Shown here: piece after piece, positions 33,443 to 45,856 of the stretch
How positions within the stretch are numbered: the first letter of the stretch is position 1
How the letters are laid out: every line of letters starts with the position of its first letter
NCBI GenBank assembly: GCA_964016885.1
Contig: OZ024752.1
Span: 30,814,001 to 30,878,000 of the forward strand
Origin: Eledone cirrhosa
Lineage: Eukaryota
Reading direction: 5' to 3'
Length of the DNA: 64,000 nt
The notes under the pieces: generated by a model
Database searches by the model: none
What the model saw: the letters and a program-made list of their open reading frames with translations, nothing else
What the model was told of the DNA's origin: nothing
Position numbers and translations under genes: made by a program

Positions 33443-33977
33443 TATGTCGCATGTAGGATGGATCCGGCTGTCAGCTGAGTCCATCGTGAGGATTGCCCCG
33501 CTGCCTTCCTTTAGCCGGGAAGGGCAGGCAGATTTTATCTGGCTGGTGGCCATGGTGAAAGAGGTCATGTGGTGAACGCGATTGAAAGGATTGAAGATGA
33601 GCACTTACCTCTTCAGTGATGCCCTGATTAACTTTTTCAAATTTCATTTGAAAAGGAAAATCAGGGTGGAGAGGGAAGTGCTCTCTTCCCAGCATTTTGT
33701 TGAAAGATGGGTGAGAGAGGCAAGAATGGCCCGAGTGAATGAGCCTGCTCTGAGTATGCGCCTGTAAATTGGAGGTGGAAAACTGGGAGAGCACACTTTT
33801 TTAATGGGCTTTCTCCACAAGTGTCCCTCAGAAGACTCCCCCCTATTGGGGAATTTTTCTTTGTTTCTTTTTTTTGTCATTTCCTTTGTTATTGTTTTTT
33901 CTTTACACACAAAATGCCCATTTGTACCGTCCTTAATGTTATACTTTATGTCAACCCTTGTGGTTAATAAAGAAAGC
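33443..33977 (+). mobile_element. L1/Tx1-like LINE 3' fragment
   Basis: ...LVAMVKEVMW*TRLK...FKFHLKRKIRVER...FVERW, a Tx1-type ORF2 C-terminus; 3' UTR ends CCTTGTGGTTAATAAA. Confidence 0.65.
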
Positions 33978-34475
33978 ATTATTTATATATTTTATTATTT
34001 GTTTTATTATTATTTATTTATTTTATTATTTAATTATTTGTTATATATTTTATTATTATTTATTTAGTTATTTATTCTAATTATTTATTTATTTAATTTA
34101 TTTAATTATTCATTTATGTTTTATTATTATTTATATATTTAATTATTTATTTTAATTATTTAATTATTTATTTATATGTTTTATTATTTGTTTATTTTAT
34201 TATTTTATTATATATTTATTTATTTATGTATTTATTTGTTTATTTAATTGAATTATTTATTTTATTATTTATATTTTTTATTTTATTGTTTATTTATTTA
34301 TTTATTTATTTATTTAATCATATAATTATTTAATTATTTCTTTCTTTATTTATTTAATTATTGAAGTTCTTACTCTTGAAATGGCTGACTAAATTTTGTT
34401 AACTGCTGACAATTACATGGATCATAATTCTTTAATCAATTCCATCCTGCTACGATTGATATGATTTGGAAATAT

Positions 34476-34662
34476 TGGGTTGGCAGTATCGGTAGAGGGT
34501 CGGATGCCATGCTTTGACGCATAGAGTTACGGCCCTTGCCATTCTAAGTTCAAATCCCACCGAGGTTAACTTTGCCTTTCATCCTTGCGGGGTCGATAAA
34601 ATAAAGTACCAGTAATGCACTGGGATAATTGCTGGCCTTGTGCCAAAAGTAGAAACAATTAT
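34476..34662 (+). mobile_element. Family A tRNA-derived SINE
   Basis: Complete unit with A/B boxes and ATT tail. Confidence 0.9.
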
Positions 34663-35449
34663 TGAACATGTAACTACTATAGTACTGTATTTGTGTTGTT
34701 GTTGTTGTTCTCCAGATATATAACTACTGTAATACATTAGCTTGACTGTATGTCTGAGTTACGTCTCTGTATGTAGACTACAGATTTCTAGAAAAATATC
34801 ACATGATCTACATGACATGCGCAATGTGTCCAAACATGGAAGAGCCAAACTCCCACTGTCATCGCCTCTATCTCTCTCGTCCTCCTCATCTCTCTGTATT
34901 ATGAGCAAATGGGGTCCCACGTGCTGGCCACCCCACAGCCCCGGCAGACAGAATGGAGAAGGTGTTTTCCTGGAGGATGGTAAGGGAGATGTGCTGGAAG
35001 AGCCATTGTTGTTGTTGTTGTTGTTGTTTAGCTCCAGGTAAACCCAGATTAAGTCACAGGTATGGTCAAATACCTGAGAAGTTCATTTTGCACTCATAAT
35101 GTTCTGAGTGTGATCTCACTGAGTGACACCTTGAGCAAGTATTTTCTCTCATAGCCTCAGATTGCTGTAAGTTTTATGAGGGAAATTGGTCAGGTGGAAA
35201 TTTTACAGTAGACTGATCAATGTTATTTTGTTTTTATTGGATTAGTCTGTAAGAAGGGGCTCTGCCCATAGCCTTCACAAGTCAAAGGACTGTGCCCATA
35301 ACTTTCACAAGTCAAGGGACTGTGTCCATAGCCTTCACAAGTCAAGGGACTGTGTTCATAGCCTTCACAAGTCCTCCAAGACCAGTGAGGTTGACATGAT
35401 CAACACTTCTCTTGAACAGTTGCTAGTCAATCGTTGCAGATAAACAAAA

Positions 35450-37410
35450 CAACACACTCTATATAACTCTAACATTCTATGTAACTCTACCACACTCTAT
35501 ATAACACTAACACTCTATATAATTCTACCACACTCTATATAACTCTACCATACTCTATATAACACTAACACTATATAATTCCACCACACTCTATGTAACT
35601 CTACCACACTCTATATAACACTAACATTCTATATAATTCTACCACACTCTATATAACTCTAACATTCTAGTAACTCTACCACACTCTATATAACACTAAC
35701 ACTCTATATAATTCTACCACACTCTATATAACTCTAACATTCTAGTAACTCTACCACACTCTATATAACACTAACACTCTATATAACTCTACCACACTCT
35801 ATATAACACTAACATTCTAGTAACTCTACCACACTATATAACACTAACATTCTATATAACTCTACCACACTCTAGATAACTCTAACATTCAATGTAATTC
35901 TACCACACTCTATATAACACTAACACTCTATATAACACTAACACTCTATATAATTCTATCACACTCTATATAACACTAACATTCTATGTAACTCTACCAC
36001 ACTCTATATAACTCTAACACTATATAATTCTACCACACTCTATATAACTCTACCACACTCTATATAACACTAACACTATATAATTCCACCACACTCTATA
36101 TAACTCTACCACACTCTATATAACACTAACACTATATAATTCTACCACACTCTATATAACTCTAACATTCTATGTAACTCTACCACACTCTATATAACAC
36201 TAACATTCTATATAATTCTACCACACTCTATATAACTCTAACATTCTAGTAACTCTACCACACTCTATATAACACTAACACTCTATATAATTCTACCACA
36301 CTCTATATAACTCTACCATTCTAGTAACTCTACCACACTCTATATAACACTAACACTCTATATAACTCTACCACACTCTATATAACACTAACATTCTAGT
36401 AACTCTACCACACTCTATATAACACTAACACTCTATATAACTCTACCACACTCTATATAACACTAACATTCTAGTAACTCTACCACACTCTATATAACAC
36501 TAACATTCTATATAACTCTACCACACTCTATATAACTCTACCACACTCTAGATAACTCTAACATTCTATATAACTCTACCACACTCTATATAACACTAAC
36601 ATTCTATGTAACTCTACCACACTCTATATAACACTAACATTCTATATAACTCTACCACACTCTATATAACACCGAGATTCTATATAATTCTACCTCACTC
36701 TATATAACACTAACACTCTATATAATTCTACCACACTCTATATAACACTAACACTATATAATTCTAACACACTCTATATAACTCTAACATTCTATATAAT
36801 TCTACCACACTCTATATAACTCTAACATTCTATATAACTCTACCACACTCTATGTAACACTAAGATTCTATATAATTCTACCACACTCTATATAACACTA
36901 ACACTCTATATAATTCTAACACACTCTATATAACTCTAACATTCTATATAATTCTACCACACTCTATATAACACTAACACTATATAATTCTAACACACTC
37001 TATATAACACTAACACCCTATATAATTCTAACACACTCTATGTAACTCTAACATTCTATGTAACAGTAACACTCTATATAACACTAACACTCTATATAAC
37101 ACTAACATTCTAGTAACTCTACCACACTCTATATACAACACTAACACTCTATATATATCTTCTTGGTTGTCCATCATAAACGATGATGACATCTTCTTTA
37201 TTTTAGTTCCTGTCTGCTGTGGGCACAAAGGTGGCTGTGGAGGCCGATCCTTGACAGTGGGGGCAGGGGAAGAGACCGAAGTCACTTGGGGAAGCTGTTG
37301 ATGCCTTTCACTAACACACTCTATATAACACTAAAACTCTACATGACTTTAACACTCTCTATATAACACTCTATATAACTCTAACACACTCTATTAACTC
37401 TAAAACATTA
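35450..37410. repeat. ~19-20-bp minisatellite (AACTCTACCACACTCTATAT / AACACTAACATTCTATAT variants)
   Basis: Directly visible; interrupted at 37154-37310. Confidence 0.95.
37154..37310 (-). pseudogene. RTE LINE 3' end with C-terminal C2H2 zinc-finger remnant
   Basis: Minus strand FPCPHC[deletion]SRIGLHSHLCAHSRQELK*, then ...GGACAACCAAGAAGA tail. Confidence 0.75.
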
Positions 37411-37517
37411 TAATAACTCTCACATGTAAAAGCATAATTAACACAGATATCTGTTTGTCTTCTTCATAAATTCTAGTCTTGAAACTGATGTAAAAATTAA
37501 CACATTTATTGATTCTT

Positions 37518-38060
37518 GTTTAGTAGTCTAAATGTAAAAGATAGATTTTATGATATTTACAGTTGATATTATTTAGTAGTCCAAATGTAAAACATAGATT
37601 TTATGATATTTACAGTTGATATTATTTAGTAGTCCAAATGTAAAACATAGATTTTATGATATTTACAGTTGATATTATTTAGTAGTCCAAATGTAAAAGA
37701 TAGATTTTATGATATTTACAGTTGATATTATTTAGTAGTCCAAATGTAAAACATAGATTTTATGATATTTACAGTTGATATTATTTAGTAGTCCAAATGT
37801 AAAACATAGATTTTATGATATTTACATTTGATATTATTTAGTAGTCCAAATGTAAAACATAGATTTTATGATATTTACATTTGATATTATTTAGTAGTCC
37901 AAATGTAAAACATAGATTTTATGATATTTACAGTTGATATTATTTAGTAGTCCAAATGTAAAACATAGATTTTATGATATTTACATTTGATATTATTTAG
38001 TAGTCCAAATGTAAAACATAGATTTTATGATATTTACATTTGGTATTATTTAGTAGTCCA
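37518..38060. repeat. 53-bp tandem repeat (~10 copies; two more at 38280-38380 after a SINE)
   Basis: Unit ATTTAGTAGTCCAAATGTAAAACATAGATTTTATGATATTTACAGTTGATATT. Confidence 0.95.
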
Positions 38061-38810
38061 GGGTGTTATATTGGCAGTATTGGTAGAATGTCGGATAACT
38101 TCCTTTGTGACACAGGGTTACGAACCTTTACGTTCTGAGTTCAAATCCTGCTGAGGTTAGCTTTGCCTTTCATTCTTACAGAGTCGACAAAATAAAATAC
38201 CAGTAACACACTGGGGTCAATTTAATTTACTTTTTCCCCGCCATCCAATATTGCTAGCCTTGTGCCTAAATTAGAAACAATTATTTAGTAGTCCAAATGT
38301 GAAACAGATTTTATATTTACATTTGGTATTATTTAGTAGTTCAGATGTAAACCATACATTTTATGATATTTACAGTTGTTATTTCAGTTTTTTAATATAT
38401 TTTTTTTAAATTTTGGCATTTTGTAAAGACATTAACACATTTTTTTTTTATAAAAAATAAGTTGGTCACATCAGCTGGTTCTCTGTTTATGACCTTTACC
38501 GAACCCCTCTCCCCTCACCTGACTGTTGAGGTTAATGCTACCCCTATATCCAGCCTGAATATACATGAAAATGTTTTTGTGGAGAGGAAACTAGGAGTAA
38601 AATCTGGAATACTTGCTACAGAATGAAATCTGCTAAATGCACCCAGTTCCCACAATCCACCACCATTTGATGACGATTGTAATGTAATTACGACAGAGAA
38701 ATACGTGCAGATGCAGTGTATGATACAAATAAAATACATTATACAGAAATGGAGGAGGAAATTAGAAAAAATTGCAGCAGAGTTATACTGAACTCGGTGG
38801 TAAAAATAAG

Positions 38811-39155
38811 CATCATCATCATCATTTCATTTTACGTCCACTTTTTCCCTGCTTGCAAGGGTGGGACGGGAACTGATGCTGGCTTGATTTCTACAGCTGG
38901 ATGCCCTTCCTAATACCAACCTCATTTACAGTGAGTGCTGGGTGCTTTTTTGCCGTGGCACCTCCACGACCACTTTTGCAGTGGAATAATATGGACCCCA
39001 GTCCCTATCATCTCATTTCTACAGCTGAGTAAACTGGAGCAATGTGAAATAAAGTGCCTTGCTCAAGGAAAGAACACATCACCCGGTCTGAGAATTGAAC
39101 TCACAACCTTTCGATTGCAAGGCCAATGCTCTAACCACTAAGCCATGTGCCTCCA
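38811..39155 (-). mobile_element. Family B composite SINE
   Basis: Near-identical to the 31765 and 55497 copies. Confidence 0.9.
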
Positions 39156-39185
39156 TAATATATATATAATATATATATATGAGCC

Positions 39186-39245
<60 letters not shown>

Positions 39246-39248
<3 letters not shown>

Positions 39249-40045
39249 TGAAAAATAGAACCAACCACTGCTAACTACATCATAACTTTATATCTTCTTC
39301 ACCTACAATTATCTGTTTTTCGTATTTGAAAACGTATTATTTTATACTATCTATCTATCTAAGGTGGGTAAAATTCCCGAGATCCATGGACGAGTTCTCT
39401 CCAGCGGTCTCTGTCCCTCATTATCGCTGCCATATCCTGCATCTCCAACAGACCAGTGTCTGTCCTTAGGGCATCAACATATGTTAACCTTGGTCTTCCT
39501 CTTCTAGTGTGTCCATGTAGGGGCTCCCAAAGGGGCTCTTCATTGCTGTAGTGGAGTCTGTGCTGCTGTATGGGTCTGAGACTTGGACACTGACCAAGAG
39601 ACTCACTCAGATGGTGGATGGGTGCTACACGAGAATGCTGAGGATGGCTCTGAACATTAATCAGTATACACTGAGGATGAAAAACTCAGAGCTGTATGGG
39701 AGCATCCCAAAAGTCAGCTCAAAAGTGACACAGAGGAGACTGAGGTTAGCTGGACATGCTCACCGACATCCAGAGTTGACATTTTATACTATATATATAT
39801 ATATATATAAGAAAAAGTATGACCCCGACGGCAGAGCTCAAGCTATTTCTGGACTAAATTCAGTCCAGAAATAACCGTCGAAACGGCTTGAGCTCTGCCG
39901 TCGGGGTCATACTTTTTCCTATATATATATATATATATATATAGTATAAAATAATACGTTTTCAAATATGAAAAACAGATAATTGTAGGTGAAGAAGATA
40001 TGGTGTAGTGTTTGGTTCTATTTTTCAAAGTATATATATATATAT

Positions 40046-40139
<94 letters not shown>

Positions 40140-40218
40140 CCCACTCTACTACCCTAAGTATTGAGTACTCTGGTGCGTTATGGTCCATTTGGTTCCTTAC
40201 CACAATTCCTTTGTTATA
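39246..40218 (+). mobile_element. Fold-back Penelope-like remnant (same family as 55261-55461)
   Basis: Inverted arms 39246-39350 plus 39793-39843 versus 39885-40030, central hairpin 39844-39873, CGAAAC at 39879. The tail 40137-40218 is shared with 55385-55461. Confidence 0.7.
39351..39780 (-). mobile_element. 5'-inverted RTE-like LINE insertion with a 12-bp TSD
   Basis: Minus strand 39351-39530: WEPLHGHTRRGRP...DRDRWREL with (TAGA)n tail. Plus strand 39531-39780: VESVLLYGSETW...LAGHAHRHPEL. TSD ATTTTATACTAT at 39339-39350 and 39781-39792. Confidence 0.88.
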
Positions 40219-40414
40219 TAATGAAGTATAGTTTCAATGTAGTAAATTAGATGTGTGTACTGAAGGTAAATGGCTTAGTAGTTAGAGCACTGGATTTGCA
40301 ATTGTGGGATAGCAAGTTCCATTCCTGGTCTGTGTGCTATGTCCTTGAGCAAGACACATTGCTCTTTCTGCCAGCAGTTACAACCAGTAGAAAGTATCAG
40401 CTATGGAAAGATTG

Positions 40415-40640
40415 TTTCCTTAGTCTGTGTTATGTCCTTATGGATAAATGAATACACTGCTTCCTTAGTCTGTGTTATGTCCTTATGGATAAATGAATAC
40501 ACTGCTTCCTTAGTCTGTGTTATGTCCTTATGGATAAATGAATACACTGCTTCCTTAGTCTGTGTTATGTCCTTATGGATAAATGAATACACTGCTTCCT
40601 TAGTCTGTGTTATGTCCTTATGGATAAATGAATACACTGC
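40415..40640. repeat. 45-bp tandem repeat (5 copies) spanning an LTR end and its flank
   Basis: Unit CTTCCTTAGTCTGTGTTATGTCCTTATGGATAAATGAATACACTG. Confidence 0.92.
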
Positions 40641-41167
40641 AACGGTGGAATAGCAATATAATCAAAACAAACGGAAGGTAACCACACGTAATAGCACAAC
40701 AATCTTTTAAGAACCAACAATCCAACACGCTAACTCGAACTGTGAACTTGAACTCCAGCTTTGACTATCAACACACGAACTGTGGAACTAGTACCGACTT
40801 GCCCACTTATTCAGGCCGCTACTATTTATATATAGTAGTCCAGCCCATTCTTTTTTCACGCTCAGAGTTGCTGAAGCATGGAACAAACTACCTGCATCAG
40901 TTATTAGCTGTCGAGACACTGCATCCTTTAAAACCAGCATGCTTCATGAGATACGGCAACACTACACCTAATATTCCCCCTCCATACACACATGTATATC
41001 ATGACTCATACACTATTCACTTCCCTGACATTTGTATATTATTCTATGTACTATACATGCACCTTTGGTGAGTTGTAGTGCACCTGAGCACTGTATACAA
41101 TAATTTCATTATTATGATCATTATTCATTATTATTCTTGCCAGGGGGCATTGTACTCTCATACAACA
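40608..41167 (-). mobile_element. Solo LTR (family of 10148-10419) interrupted by a CR1 3' fragment
   Basis: TGTT...AACA termini; TSD GTCTG/GTCTA with one mismatch. Confidence 0.78.
40853..41132 (+). mobile_element. 5'-truncated CR1 copy related to the 2.7-7.2 kb element
   Basis: Matches 6817-7214, including the hairpin and ATT tail; ATTCTT is repeated at both junctions. Confidence 0.9.
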
Positions 41168-41552
41168 GTCTAATTTGACAAGTTTCATTTCACTCTATAA
41201 GCAAGTAAGGTCTGGGATCTAGCGAATTGTCCTCAGAAGAAGAGAGTGTACTGAAGATAGAAAACTAGTTGTATTGAACTGGGCCTCATGTTAGATTTAG
41301 TACACATGAATACACTGAATGATGGTCTTTGTAATAGTGACATACTTTAGATACACTGAATACAAAAGTTATAATACTAACATATTTTAGGTGTACTGAA
41401 CAACAAAAGTCATATTTCCTTTCTTTATAAATCTGAAGCTTGGGGCACTAAAAAATATAATTCTTGTACAGATTTTTGCTTGACAAACAACATTTAAAAA
41501 TCCAGATTTGATTTGTTGTTGTTGATTTGGCCTTATGTCTTTGTGTATTTTG

Positions 41553-42063
41553 TGGAGGTGTGTGGCCTAGTGGTAAGGGTGATTGACTTCTTATGATCAT
41601 AATACTGTGGGTTTGATTCCTGGACTGGGTTGTGTGTTGTGTTCTTGAGCAAAACACTTCATTTCATGTTGCTCCAGTATACTCAGCTGAAAATGAGTAC
41701 CAGCAATAGCTGGGGAGCTACACTTGCGATGGACTGGCGTCGTCCTGTCTAGGAGTAAGTCTTGTATTCACAGTCGCTTAACCCTTTAGCGTTTAAACCG
41801 GCCATAACAGGCCAGAATTATCTCACATCTTTCTGTTCAAACAAGCTGTAACTGGCTGCTCATACTTATGTTAATGTATTGTTCTCAAAATAGATAATAT
41901 AAAAATCTTGTAGATTCAACATTACGTGAGATAATTATGTGAAATGAAGTGTTTACTGTGAAAATACTATGGTAAATATGGAGTAATGTAAATACTAAAG
42001 GGTTAACACCACAGAAACCAGAATAATCACTGGTATGATGAGCCTCTGAGATCGAGACAGACG
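41553..42063 (+). mobile_element. CORE/V-type SINE interrupted by a piggyBac-type MITE (41778-42006)
   Basis: TGGCCTAGTGG A-box and CTTGAGCAAAACACTT body; the MITE has TTAA flanks. Confidence 0.8.
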
Positions 42064-42478
42064 ATATATAACCCTGCAAAGGTCTGGTGATGCAGTGGTG
42101 GTGGTGACGGCGCTGGTGGTTAGCAGTGACGGCGGTAGCAGTGGCAATGGTGGTGATGTACATGTTTTACCTAATAAAGCAATCGCGACAATAAACTTTC
42201 TCCTTTTGTTGTATTAAGCAGTGTTGTTATATAAGAAACTACATCTGCACTGATTAATGTCTATATGAAACAAGTCTTCTCATTTTGATGGTTTATCTTC
42301 CTAATGAATACTGTCTATTTATTAGCCAGTGATCTTTTATTAACTATTGACTATTGACTAATCAGTTTATATTAGAACATTAATTGATAACTCATTTGCT
42401 CTGCTGGTATAGAAGAACAAAACCAAAATATAATATATAATAGTAGAGAATCAACACACATACAATATACACACACAC

Positions 42479-42479
<1 letters not shown>

Positions 42480-42509
<30 letters not shown>

Positions 42510-43705
42510 CGTGCGCATATATATATATATATTTATATATATATATATGTATAGATTTATATATATATATGTGTATATATTTATGTATATATATATATGT
42601 GTGTGTATATATTTATGTATATATATATATATGTGTGTGTATATATTTATGTATATATTTATGTATATATATGTGTATATATGTATGTGTATATATTTAT
42701 GTATATATGTATATGTGTATATATTTATATATGTATATATATATGTGTATATATTTATATATATATATATATGTGTGTATATATTTATGTATATATATAT
42801 ATGTATATATATATGTGTATATATATGTGTATATATTTATGCATATATATATGGATATATATGTGTATATATTTATATATATGTATGTGTATATGTATGT
42901 ATATGTATATATATATGTGTATATGTATATATATATATGTGTCTATATTTATATATATATGTATGTATATGTATGTATATGTATATATATATGTGTATAT
43001 GTATATATATATGTGTATATGTATATATAGGTGTGTATATGTATATATATATGTGTATATGTATATATGTATATATATATATATGTGTGTATATGTATAT
43101 ATGTATATATATACCTAATACAGTCAGTAGGCATCTCCAACACCCCCCCCCCCCCCCCCCCACCCCACCCCACCCCATCCACACCGCCCCTTTCAATGTA
43201 AAGTTATGTTGGTGCCACAACATCCAGGCCGAAACAAATGAGATTGTGTAGGTGTCACGATAAAAAACACACAGTCGACGCTGTAAATGTGGCCGTGTAG
43301 GCAACACGGTAAAAACCTCCCAGCCCCACACTGTAAATGTGGTTGGTGTTAGGAAGGGCATCCAGCTGTAGAAAACCCGCCAGACAGTCCACGCTGTAAT
43401 GTGGCCGTGTAGGCAACACGGTAAAAACCTCCCAGCCCCACACTGTAAATGTGGTTGGTGTTAGGAAGGGCATCCAGCTGTAGAAAACCCGCCAGACAGT
43501 CCTATGCGAGCAAGACAATCACTCTTGCCTCAAGTGGGAAAACCCCCGTCCAAACCCATGCAAGCGTGGAACACGGACGTTAAACGTTGATGATGATGAT
43601 ATGTGTATATGTATATATGTATGTATATATATGTATATATGTATGTATATATAAGTATGTATGTATGTATATATATGTATATATATATATATGTATGTAT
43701 ATATA

Positions 43706-43741
<36 letters not shown>

Positions 43742-43779
43742 TATATATGTATATATATATATGTATATATGTATGTATA

Positions 43780-43867
<88 letters not shown>

Positions 43868-43869
43868 TA

Positions 43870-43958
<89 letters not shown>

Positions 43959-44031
43959 ATATATGTATATATATATATATATGTATGTATATATATGTAT
44001 ATATATATATATATGTATGTATATATATGTA

Positions 44032-44065
<34 letters not shown>

Positions 44066-44085
44066 TATATATATATATATATATA
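42480..44085. repeat. (TA/TG)n compound microsatellite containing an RTE family 1 3'-UTR copy (43113-43600)
   Basis: Directly visible; the insert matches 59560-59960 and has an internal ~110-bp duplication. Confidence 0.92.
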
Positions 44086-44227
44086 TGAGCAAGAAATCAT
44101 CAAACTACAAAAAAACTCTCAACGAAATGCAATATATATATATGAGTAGAAAATTATCAAACATGAGCAAAATAAAAAAAATATTTAAATGACCTCTAAG
44201 TGAATAATTAAACTATCGTCTTTCCGG

Positions 44228-44412
44228 TGAATTGGCAGTATCGGTAGAGGGTCGGACGCCATGCTTTGACGCATAGAGTTACGGCCCTTGCCATTCTGAG
44301 TTCAAATCCCGCCGAGGTTAACTTTGCCTTTCATCCTTACGGGGTCGATAAAATAAAGTACCAGTAATACACTGGGAATTGCTGGCCTTGTGCCAAAAGT
44401 AGAAACAATTAT
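44228..44412 (+). mobile_element. Family A tRNA-derived SINE (clean copy)
   Basis: TGGCAGTATCGG...GTTCAAATCCCGCC...AATAAAGTACCAG...AATTATT. Confidence 0.9.
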
Positions 44413-44792
44413 TGTTACGTATATTTGTATAATATACAGTCTCATGTCTAGAAATTTCTGAGAACTTATATCATCATCATTGTTTAACGTCCATCTTCCA
44501 CGCTAGCATGGGTTATATATATGTATATATATATGTATATGTATACATATATACAGTCTTTTGTCTTGGAGTTACTATGTATATATATGTATATATATAA
44601 GAACAAAGGGGAGGTGTTACATCAAGAATTTATTGATCAGTCATAGTTACAATTGTTTCATAAACAGTCAGCTCATGATCAAGGTTAATATTCCAGACCA
44701 GATTCTATCACAACAAAATCCACATCAGATCTGTGGACAAACCAGCTGGTTACAAACCTCACCAGTTTTCTACGGATTTACTGAACCTTCTG

Positions 44793-44838
<46 letters not shown>

Positions 44839-44903
44839 ATCTAAAGACATTTTTTCCAATTCCACCCTGCCCGTCCCTTCAATCTATCTTATTTCTCATT
44901 CTT

Positions 44904-44939
44904 TCTTCTGATGAAGGACTAGCATCTGAAATGTTAAGA
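44904..44939 (+). ncRNA. Degenerate minimal hammerhead motif (Penelope-like remnant)
   Basis: TCTT-CTGATGA-A-GGA ctagca TCT-GAAA-TG-TT-AAGA; same family as 55087-55122. Confidence 0.6.
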
Positions 44940-45036
44940 CCTTCTTCCTGCTATTTCAAACATTAACCTAATATATTCCTTCCATATACTGTACTGATTG
45001 TGTTGTTATTTCTGTTTATCTTTTACATATATATAT

Positions 45037-45840
45037 ATATTTATTAAAATAACAGATTAAAGTTTAAGCAAAGAATCGCTGCTTTCACCCTTAACGGGAT
45101 CTTCTGAAACTAACAAAGTCAATCTGTAAACGCAGAACTGGATATTTCAAAAAACGTTGCAACCGGAAGAAGACAGGAAGACGATACTTTGGTTCGTGGA
45201 AACGTTCGCTGGCAAAAAACGGGAAAAAACGAATAATACATCATTAATAGGAGCGGTGAAAAACAATTACGCGCAAAGACAGAACCACGTTTATGGTATA
45301 AAAGAGGTCGTAGACTAGGAGATTCATTTGGTCTCCTAGTTAGAATTTTAGTCTACGACTTCTGCTATACCATTTACGTGGTTTTGTCTTTGCGTGCTAT
45401 TGTTTTCCATGCTCCACATATGACTTATTATCTTCGTTTTTTTGTTCATTGCCAGAGAACGTCTCTATGCACCACCTAAGAGAACATTAGTCTACGACCT
45501 CTTTTATACCATAAACGTGGTTCTGTCTTTGCGCGTAATTGTTTTTCACCGCTCCTATTAATGACGTATTATTCGTTTTTTCCCGTTCTTTGCCAGGGAA
45601 CGTTTCCACGAACCAAAGTATCGTCTTCCTGTCTTCTTCCGGTTGCAACGTTTTTTGAAATATCCAGTTCTGCGTTTACAGATTGACTTTGTTAGTTTCA
45701 GAAGATCCCGTTAAGGGTGAAAGCAGCGATTCTTTGCTTAAACTTTAATCTGTTATTTTAATAAATATTTGCTCTACGGTTCTTATATATTTGATATATA
45801 TTTTCCTTATCGAGCCCTCTTTGGATTTTAGTCTTCAATT
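45037..45840 (+). mobile_element. Penelope-like fold-back element with 281-bp inverted arms
   Basis: Arms 45037-45317 and 45488-45768 are nearly identical. The left arm abuts (TA)n and the right arm continues into a unique tail. Confidence 0.7.
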
Positions 45841-45856
45841 TTATTATTATTACTAT

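Noticed and set aside
38515-38739. Possible minus-strand exon ending at CAG|GTGAGG
   Set aside because: No convincing acceptor and no recognisable protein similarity.
42491-44192. Numerous YI/CV-rich ORFs (also at 17.0, 18.5, 40.0 and 62.2 kb)
   Set aside because: (TA)n/(TG)n microsatellite translations.
44585-44740. Additional hammerhead on the minus strand (CTGATGT...GAAACAATTGTA)
   Set aside because: The core is mutated and stems I and II cannot be paired convincingly; at most a decayed PLE remnant.
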